In this document: one piece after another, positions 57,995 to 64,000 of the stretch
Position numbering within the stretch: position 1 is the stretch's first letter
Layout of the letters: every line of letters starts with the position of its first letter
The notes under the pieces: model-generated
What the model was told of the DNA's origin: nothing
The model's database searches: none
What the model saw: only the letters and a program-made list of their open reading frames with translations
Made by a program: the position numbers and the translations under genes
Assembly (NCBI GenBank): GCA_047602745.1
Contig: JBLKOJ010000002.1
Coordinates: 2,211 to 66,210 of the forward strand
Length of the DNA stretch: 64,000 bases
Reading direction: 5' to 3'
Origin: Candidatus Woesearchaeota archaeon
Lineage (GTDB): Archaea; Nanobdellota; Nanobdellia; Woesearchaeales; UBA583

Positions 57995-58003
57995 TTTATA
58001 AAG
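57995..58003 (+). promoter_or_regulatory. TATA-box-like element TTTATAAAG, 27 nt upstream of the rpl37e ATG
   Basis: Recurring motif and spacing. Confidence 0.45.
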
Positions 58004-58030
58004 TGACTTTTATTTGTTGAATTAGATACA

Positions 58031-58198
58031 ATGACAAAAGGAACACCAAGTATGGGTAAAAAAAGTAAAGGTAAACTACATATTATGTGTAGAAGATGTG
58101 GAAGTAAATCATATCACATGAAAACAGGGGTCTGTTCAGCATGTGGATATGGGAAATCAACAAAACTTAAAAAATATAGTTATATTAGAAAAAAATAA
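58031..58198 (+). CDS. rpl37e: Ribosomal protein L37e (55 aa, absent from the ORF track)
   Basis: Hand translation MTKGTPSMGKKSKGKLHIMCRRCGSKSYHMKTGVCSACGYGKSTKLKKYSYIRKK. It has the zinc-ribbon CRRCG...CSACGY typical of L37e. Confidence 0.85.
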   Translation: MTKGTPSMGKKSKGKLHIMCRRCGSKSYHMKTGVCSACGYGKSTKLKKYSYIRKK

Positions 58199-58247
58199 TT
58201 TACTATCTTGGCAATATTTAAATTTTTTAAAAATTCTATTTTAAGAG

Positions 58248-58717
58248 TTGAAAAGTAAATTGATTAAAAAGATGATAATAATTCTTCAAAGAGTAAAATC
58301 AGCAAATGTAAAGGTTAATTCTAAAATAGTCGGTTCATGTGAAAGAGGATATTGCCTTTTTGTTGGGATCTCTAATGATTTTGAAGAGGTCAAATTGAAG
58401 TGGATGATTCGAAAAATTTTAACTTTAAAATGTTTTGAAGAAAATAAGCAGGAGAAGAAAATTTTAAGAAATATTGAAGAGGTTAAAGGAGATATATTAA
58501 TAATATCACAATTTACACTTCATGCAAGACTCAATAATGGTTCCAAACCAGATTTCTCAAAATCAATGAAATTTGAAAATGCAAAAAAAAATTTAACACA
58601 TTTGTAAATGAACTCAAAAGAGCAACTAATTTAAAGGTCGAAACTGGAGAGTTCGGAGCTCAAATGGAAGTTGAACTTATTAACGAAGGACCTTTCACAT
58701 TAATTCTTAAAAAATAA
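58248..58717 (+). pseudogene. dtd: D-aminoacyl-tRNA deacylase (Dtd) with the reading frame broken in an A9 run (58583-58591)
   Basis: The track ORF (MIIILQRVKSANV...ISQFTLHA...KPDFSKSM) stops at 58607. The -1 frame from the A-run reads KKKFNTFVNELKRATNLKVETGEFGAQMEVELINEGPFTLILKK-stop, the conserved Dtd C-terminus (tG.FGa.M.V.L.NdGPvT). The likely true ATG is at 58272. Confidence 0.7.
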
Positions 58718-58740
58718 AAATTAAACCTCTTTATAACTTT

Positions 58741-60477
58741 TTAAAATAAAATATAAGCTAAAACTAAAAGAATTGCAAAACCTAAACCTACTCTCTCAAT
58801 AATTGAAGAACTCGAATGTTGAATTGTTGAACTTAAATGTGAGTTTAAAATTACAGTTGTATATACATTAGAGTCATCAGTCCCTAAAACTAAGGGCATT
58901 TGTGAAATACCTATATGATTTTCAGCAATGTATGAAACTTCCCATTCTCCTCCAGGGGCAAGTGATTCAACTTCCCAAAGTCCTCTTCTTAAATCTGAAA
59001 AAGGTCTTGAAATTTCCCTCATCAAATAATTTTCATCTAACTCATCTAGAACTTTAAAATTATTAATTCTGCTAGTCCCTACATTTCTTACTCTAATCCT
59101 AATTTTTGAAAAATCAGAGTCTAACCAGGTAACTTCTTTTTGAACAAATAAATTAGTTTCTCCTAGAATATCTTCAAGAACTAAAACACCCTCCACTATC
59201 GCATTACCCTCAAAATCTACTGGTGGAAAAAAAGTAAATGAATGGGTCGGGAAGCTATCTTTAACTAATACATACTCTATTTCAAATTCTGAAAAAGCGG
59301 GTACTGAATCAATTAAAAAATTTAGTGTTCTCCCCTCTATATTAGCATTATTCACTCGTACTAACGAATAACCCTCGGGAATTGTATCTCTAAAAGATAA
59401 ATTTAAGAATTCATTTCTTCCTAAATTTATGATTCTAATTGTAACTGTAATCTCTTCTCCCTTAGTTACAAAAAATTTATCTACACTTTTTGTAATCACA
59501 AGATTATCTTCTTGCGTAAAATCATCTTCCTCATCAACCATTGGAGGTACTGTTAAACTACTACTCCTACTTCCTCCCGAACTTGTTTGAGGTGAAACAG
59601 TTTGCTCCCTATAATTCACAGAAATATTCATAAAAAATTCAGACATAGCGCGTGCTTCCATTTCAACCCAATAAATTGAATTAGAATCACTATTATAATC
59701 ATAAAAACCGAATTCTTTTGTCTGATATGGTAAAATTGTGAAATTCTCCTTAACTCCTAGACTTTCTGCATTTTCTAAAAATGTGTCAGATGTCCTTGTT
59801 CTAATCATTTCCAATCTATGTCCGAGCATATTAAAAGCAGTGGGATTATTAATCTTGGAACTAACTGCCCTTGTAGAAACATTATTCACTAAATCTATAG
59901 TCTCATATTCTCCACTCTTTGAGTTAAAAACTGTTTGTTCCTCATGCTCTCCGATAGGTTTATCAATTTTAAAACTTGGCTTAATTACATATACGGGATC
60001 TGTAAAAGCTTCGAGAAATGAAATTTGAAAAATCTCTTCATCTTGATCGAATTGAAGTTTTTCAAATTGACTTTGACTTAAAACTCCTGAAAAAGAGTAT
60101 GATGCATATAATGAAGAATTATAAGTTAAATTACTAGGTTCTAAGAAAAAACCAAAAAAACCCCTCTCGTTTAGTTTTGAAGAAACATCATTTAAAACTG
60201 AAAAACCTCCCGATAAAGTACCTAACGGAAAAGAAGTTCTCATCCTATACTCGTAAATCTCATCTGTAAATGAGGGATTAATAATCTCAACTTCTCCATT
60301 TACTGAGATTAAATACTTTCCATCTAAAAGTTTTGTAACTGAAATATCTTCTTGGACGTTATGAATTACATTTAAAGAGTCTTGTGAAAGGGTTGAATTT
60401 TCAGAGTAAATAAATTGAATTAACAACATCAAACTTAATGATAATATAAAAATTTTAAGATTAATATTTCTTTTCAT
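58741..60477 (-). CDS. Surface protein with two DUF11/CARDB-like domains, a signal peptide and a C-terminal hydrophobic anchor
   Basis: Signal peptide LKIFILSLSLMLLIQFIYS. ITKSVDKFFVTKGEEITVTIRIINLGRNEFLNLSFRDTIPEGY and IRIRVRNVGTSRINNFKVLDEL follow the DUF11 pattern. The protein ends GLGFAILLVLAYILF. Confidence 0.6.
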   Translation of the reverse strand: MKRNINLKIFILSLSLMLLIQFIYSENSTLSQDSLNVIHNVQEDISVTKLLDGKYLISVNGEVEIINPSFTDEIYEYRMRTSFPLGTLSGGFSVLNDVSSKLNERGFFGFFLEPSNLTYNSSLYASYSFSGVLSQSQFEKLQFDQDEEIFQISFLEAFTDPVYVIKPSFKIDKPIGEHEEQTVFNSKSGEYETIDLVNNVSTRAVSSKINNPTAFNMLGHRLEMIRTRTSDTFLENAESLGVKENFTILPYQTKEFGFYDYNSDSNSIYWVEMEARAMSEFFMNISVNYREQTVSPQTSSGGSRSSSLTVPPMVDEEDDFTQEDNLVITKSVDKFFVTKGEEITVTIRIINLGRNEFLNLSFRDTIPEGYSLVRVNNANIEGRTLNFLIDSVPAFSEFEIEYVLVKDSFPTHSFTFFPPVDFEGNAIVEGVLVLEDILGETNLFVQKEVTWLDSDFSKIRIRVRNVGTSRINNFKVLDELDENYLMREISRPFSDLRRGLWEVESLAPGGEWEVSYIAENHIGISQMPLVLGTDDSNVYTTVILNSHLSSTIQHSSSSIIERVGLGFAILLVLAYILF

Positions 60478-61293
60478 CTAATTATCCACCCCAACATTTT
60501 TGGCTTTGTTTATCTCTTTTCTAATTTGTGTAACTAAAAATGCAAACATCAATAAATTAACTATTATCCAAAAAGTATAGGAACCTCTAAGCCAAGGCGT
60601 TCTTATAGGAATAAAAGAATATTCAAATTCAACACTATTTGGCAAATTATCTTCAAGTTCCCAAACTCCAACATTTCTATTTATTGTTGCAAACATATCT
60701 AAATCACCTAAGTAAGTAAAATAATTATTTCGTGGGAGTATAACTTCAAAGGTACCCTGTTCAATTGGAATTGAACTCTCTTTTAGAGGTATTTCTAAAC
60801 TTTTAAAAAAAATTCCTCGAGACTCAAATTCTAATTCATAAATTAAACTAAATTCATATTCAAAACCAGGTAATAAAGGATAAAAAATATCTAAAACTAT
60901 AGAACTATAATCCTCAAACTCTCTATAAGTATATGTAATATTTCGACCAAACTGATCAAACACTTTAATGTTTTCAAGAATTATATTAGTTGAACTATCA
61001 AGAGTTCCAGAACCAATTCGAAATTCTATTTGACCTGGTAAAATAGCTCGATCATAATTATTTCTCAAGGCCATATCTTTTGAAATTTTAATTATATTTT
61101 CTTCTAAAAATTCTACTTTTGAATAATATTTTGAAAATGACTCCCCTGAAATTTGAGCATGATTAAAATTTAAAATTGAAATAAATAAAATTAAACTAAA
61201 AAACAATAATAAATATAATCTCTTAAACCTATATTGAAATACCATTGTAATAATATGATACATAGTAGTATATAAAATTATTATACTACTCAA
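60478..61293 (-). CDS. Secreted, C-terminally anchored protein, copy 1 of a duplicated gene
   Basis: Signal-like LYLLLFFSLILFISILNF. C-terminal TM FWIIVNLLMFAFLV plus a basic tail. The track start is TTG; ATG alternatives are at 61263 and 61245. The stop TAG abuts the ATG of the next gene. Confidence 0.6.
   Translation of the reverse strand: MSSIIILYTTMYHIITMVFQYRFKRLYLLLFFSLILFISILNFNHAQISGESFSKYYSKVEFLEENIIKISKDMALRNNYDRAILPGQIEFRIGSGTLDSSTNIILENIKVFDQFGRNITYTYREFEDYSSIVLDIFYPLLPGFEYEFSLIYELEFESRGIFFKSLEIPLKESSIPIEQGTFEVILPRNNYFTYLGDLDMFATINRNVGVWELEDNLPNSVEFEYSFIPIRTPWLRGSYTFWIIVNLLMFAFLVTQIRKEINKAKNVGVDN
60492..60968. repeat. Near-identical 477-bp repeat, copy A (partner 63524-64000)
   Basis: Line-by-line comparison gives 2 mismatches in 477 bp at an offset of 3,032 bp. 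The alignment continues to the window edge. Confidence 0.9.
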
Positions 61294-61305
61294 ATATACA
61301 ATTAA

Positions 61306-63165
61306 TTAGATAAATAATCCTACAACTAACATTGCACCTGCTAAAGCTGCAAAAATCCCTTCTGAACTTCTAATCCTATCTACAAATTCAGTAACATAAA
61401 GAGTAGTTGCTGAAGTTGCTCCATCTACTTGTTGAGGGTCCACACCCACAATAAATACATCTAATAAACTATACTCACCTTCACCAACAACGGTGAAGTT
61501 TGCAATAAATGTATTGTTATCATTTTTCTTTGGACCCTGTGCAAAGGAAGGATCAACTAGTCCAGTAGTACTGTTTGTGGCTCCTGAGATTGCCCATCTG
61601 AGTAGAGTTCCATTATAACTTCCACCATCTCCTCCAATCGATTCATTTGTAGTTAATACACTATAAAAACTAGTATTAATTGGATAAATAGTTAAATTTT
61701 CATAATCAGTCATATTAGTAGTTAAATTGAAATTTCCTGGAATAAAATCAAATAAGGAAATTGTAGCATTAACTGGAGTTACCTGATTTCCTTTATTATA
61801 TACTTCAATATGCACATTGTAAGTATCATTTCCCACTGAAGTCACATTTTTCTCAACTTCTAACCAATACCCTAATACTAAGTATAATTCTTTAATGAAA
61901 ATATCTTTTCCATTTCTAGTAATTGTTCTATTGTAAATCTGTGTTCCATCATCATGAATTTGAAAATCTGCTTTACCATATAAAATAGGTGTTGGTAAAT
62001 CTGTATAATTAAATAACCATGCAGGTGATTGCCAGGGACTAGAACTATTAATAAGCACAGTGTCTGGTCCAAATGAGTCAATGACTTCTAATGACGCATT
62101 AGTAATTGTATCATTATCAATTGTATTTGGGTCTCCAATTGTTTGAGTTGCTACCCACCGAGTGAACTCATTTAATTGAAGAGTAATATTTGAAGTACTA
62201 ATTAGTTTTCCTGTTCCATTCCAAGTAACATTATCATCACTTGCATTAGGAAATGGAATCCCTACAATCTGTTTATTAATTTCTAAAGCAACTCCTTGAG
62301 GAGTCATTGCAATTAATTCTGAAAATCTTACATGTGAAACACTTGTATTCATCATATAAGAAATTACTGTCTCACTCATATTATATGTTTGAGTCTCATT
62401 AATTTGTTCAGGTGTTAATAATACATAATCAATGTTTGAAGTTTGTGTAGTATTTAAACACCCTCCTCCTCGTACATTCCAAGTTAAGGTAGTGTTATCT
62501 GAAGAAACTGAAACATTACTTGCATCAGTTCCTCCAACACTATCATTAAAAAATTTAAATTGACTTCCCATTGAAGGAATTTCAAATGTTGTCTGATTTA
62601 ATACAATATCAAATATACAACTATCTAGATTGTGAGCCGGAGGAGCAAATCTATTTTCAATGACATCTGCAACACTGATATTTAATCCCGCTAAAACTTT
62701 AAACTCACTGTAAGTTGTATTAAGTCTTAAAGGAGTTACAACATTACTTAGATTAATTTGATACGTCCAAACTGAACTTTCTCCTGCTTCTAATTCGTAA
62801 ACTCTAATTGTAAACTTATCTGAAGAATTGATTATTACATTTCCATCTCTTCCCCTTAATAATGTAATATTTGAAACATTACTAGCATTATCAAATGTTG
62901 CAAAAATATCTGAAATTGTAGCTTCTTCTTGATTTACATTTGTAATATTAATAAAACCAGTCATAATTGTAGTTATATCATAACCCGCACTTTGATTGTT
63001 CAAAGGATTATATAAAATTGTTTGATTAACAATTTCACTAACTTCAATTCTAACTTGTTGCTCAGTAGTACTTGCATACACTGCACTCATACTAAACAGC
63101 AGTAGCATTAATAGGCTACTGATTACGTACTTTAATTTATTATGCCTTAACATAACCTGACTCAA
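61306..63165 (-). CDS. S-layer-like surface glycoprotein candidate (signal peptide, 39 N-x-S/T sequons, C-terminal hydrophobic anchor)
   Basis: Signal peptide VISSLLMLLLFSMSAVYAS. Sequons hand-counted at about one per 16 aa. The protein ends EGIFAALAGAMLVVGLFI. The likely start is the ATG at 63153 (track start 63165 is TTG). Confidence 0.6.
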   Translation of the reverse strand: MSQVMLRHNKLKYVISSLLMLLLFSMSAVYASTTEQQVRIEVSEIVNQTILYNPLNNQSAGYDITTIMTGFINITNVNQEEATISDIFATFDNASNVSNITLLRGRDGNVIINSSDKFTIRVYELEAGESSVWTYQINLSNVVTPLRLNTTYSEFKVLAGLNISVADVIENRFAPPAHNLDSCIFDIVLNQTTFEIPSMGSQFKFFNDSVGGTDASNVSVSSDNTTLTWNVRGGGCLNTTQTSNIDYVLLTPEQINETQTYNMSETVISYMMNTSVSHVRFSELIAMTPQGVALEINKQIVGIPFPNASDDNVTWNGTGKLISTSNITLQLNEFTRWVATQTIGDPNTIDNDTITNASLEVIDSFGPDTVLINSSSPWQSPAWLFNYTDLPTPILYGKADFQIHDDGTQIYNRTITRNGKDIFIKELYLVLGYWLEVEKNVTSVGNDTYNVHIEVYNKGNQVTPVNATISLFDFIPGNFNLTTNMTDYENLTIYPINTSFYSVLTTNESIGGDGGSYNGTLLRWAISGATNSTTGLVDPSFAQGPKKNDNNTFIANFTVVGEGEYSLLDVFIVGVDPQQVDGATSATTLYVTEFVDRIRSSEGIFAALAGAMLVVGLFI

Positions 63166-63512
63166 ATGGAATTGACATATAACTTTTGTTAACTACATAA
63201 AAGTTATAAAATTAAACAAGCATCTCAAGAAGGCCGTAAAGAGTTCTAATTCAGTTTAAATTTAAGAATAGATAATTAAATAATCCAAATAAAATTAATT
63301 ATTCATAGAAAACCACAACCTAAAAAGTTTATAAATTAATATGGTTATTTATTTTCCTGACCCATTTTAAAATTTTCAAAATTAAATAACATTTATTTTC
63401 TCATTTATAAAAATAATTATCAGTTCTCTAAATTGAAACACCTACAAAAATAAAAAAATAAATTGAAATATTGAGTAATTAGTCAATAAATAATTTATAA
63501 TCTCAATTAAAA

Positions 63513-64000
63513 TCAATCTCCCTCAACATTTTTGGCTTTCTTTATCTCTTTTCTAATTTGTGTAACTAAAAATGCAAACATCAATAAATTAACTATTATC
63601 CAAAAAGCATAGGAACCTCTAAGCCAAGGCGTTCTTATAGGAATAAAAGAATATTCAAATTCAACACTATTTGGCAAATTATCTTCAAGTTCCCAAACTC
63701 CAACATTTCTATTTATTGTTGCAAACATATCTAAATCACCTAAGTAAGTAAAATAATTATTTCGTGGGAGTATAACTTCAAAGGTACCCTGTTCAATTGG
63801 AATTGAACTCTCTTTTAGAGGTATTTCTAAACTTTTAAAAAAAATTCCTCGAGACTCAAATTCTAATTCATAAATTAAACTAAATTCATATTCAAAACCA
63901 GGTAATAAAGGATAAAAAATATCTAAAACTATAGAACTATAATCCTCAAACTCTCTATAAGTATATGTAATATTTCGACCAAACTGATCAAACACTTTAA
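63513..64000 (-). CDS. Copy 2 of the 271-aa anchored surface protein gene (5' part outside the window)
   Basis: The 160 visible residues are identical to copy 1 except Thr to Ala in the TM segment and the last few C-terminal residues. Confidence 0.7.
   Translation of the reverse strand, partial: KVFDQFGRNITYTYREFEDYSSIVLDIFYPLLPGFEYEFSLIYELEFESRGIFFKSLEIPLKESSIPIEQGTFEVILPRNNYFTYLGDLDMFATINRNVGVWELEDNLPNSVEFEYSFIPIRTPWLRGSYAFWIIVNLLMFAFLVTQIRKEIKKAKNVEGD
63524..64000. repeat. Near-identical 477-bp repeat, copy B (partner 60492-60968)
   Basis: See copy A. Truncated by the window end. Confidence 0.9.

Noticed and set aside
177-62081. Many track ORFs lie antisense to, or overlap, strong genes: 177..365-, 2034..2315-, 2674..2979-, 3941..4234+, 11934..12242-, 13068..13388-, 17833..18036+, 19145..19402+, 19485..19718+, 19859..20218+, 20628..20864-, 25707..25892-, 27053..27295-, 28767..29030+, 40919..41191+, 41811..42020-, 42892..43152+, 44671..44865+, 46331..46585+, 48512..48724+, 48570..48755-, 53770..54030+, 59738..60028+ and 61878..62081-.
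   Set aside because: Each is fully embedded in a longer ORF with clear family motifs on the other strand or frame. Their products are low-complexity Leu/Ser/Phe-rich sequences, typical of shadow ORFs in AT-rich DNA.
60492-64000. Diversity-generating retroelement (template/variable repeat pair) as the explanation for the 477-bp repeat.
   Set aside because: There are only 2 mismatches and they are not adenine-specific. The repeat covers most of a gene rather than a short C-terminal variable region. No reverse transcriptase is present in the window.
1-64000. CRISPR arrays, transposases, integrases, rRNA genes and prophage structural genes.
   Set aside because: I saw no regularly spaced short direct repeats. 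No DDE, tyrosine-recombinase or serine-recombinase motif appears in any ORF. No GC-rich rRNA-like stretch is present.

Overview
The window is very AT-rich (roughly 70% A+T by eye), gene-dense and archaeal. Archaeal identity rests on A-type ATPase subunit A, MCM, aEF-2, aCPSF1, Cbf5, RpoF, ribosomal proteins L21e, L37e and L41e, and TATA-type promoters. Small size, scattered informational genes and many lineage-specific secreted proteins suggest a reduced, DPANN-like archaeon; this is inference only.

I support about 55 protein genes:
- Housekeeping: atpA, mcm, argS, fusA, aCPSF1, a DEAD-box helicase, an SNF2 helicase, family II pyrophosphatase, sppA, grpE.
- Redox repair: trxB, msrA, msrB, CGFS glutaredoxin plus BolA, and two DoxX genes.
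- A LemA-HtpX pair.
- Many signal-peptide or membrane-anchored proteins of unknown family.

I found no rRNA, convincing tRNA, CRISPR array, transposase or integrase.

Main observations:
1. A three-gene envelope operon at 58741-63165 is headed by a 619-aa protein with 39 N-x-S/T sequons. Its middle gene recurs 3,032 bp upstream as a 477-bp copy with only 2 mismatches, running off the window edge.
2. An 1803-aa acidic coiled-coil protein is built from degenerate modules and contains a young 466-bp internal duplication.
3. Every toxin or restriction gene in the window is dead. These are a HEPN-like gene with TGA at the catalytic Arg, a doc remnant, a relE/parE remnant split by a 26-bp tandem duplication, and a frameshifted and truncated hsdM.
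4. A secreted GH73 peptidoglycan glucosaminidase sits in an archaeon.
5. A TTTATAAAT element lies 20-28 nt upstream of most start codons, implying leaderless mRNAs.
6. Reading frames break at poly-A runs in dtd, hsdM and a RibD_C-like gene.

All family calls are motif-level recognition from the translated ORFs. No database search was possible.
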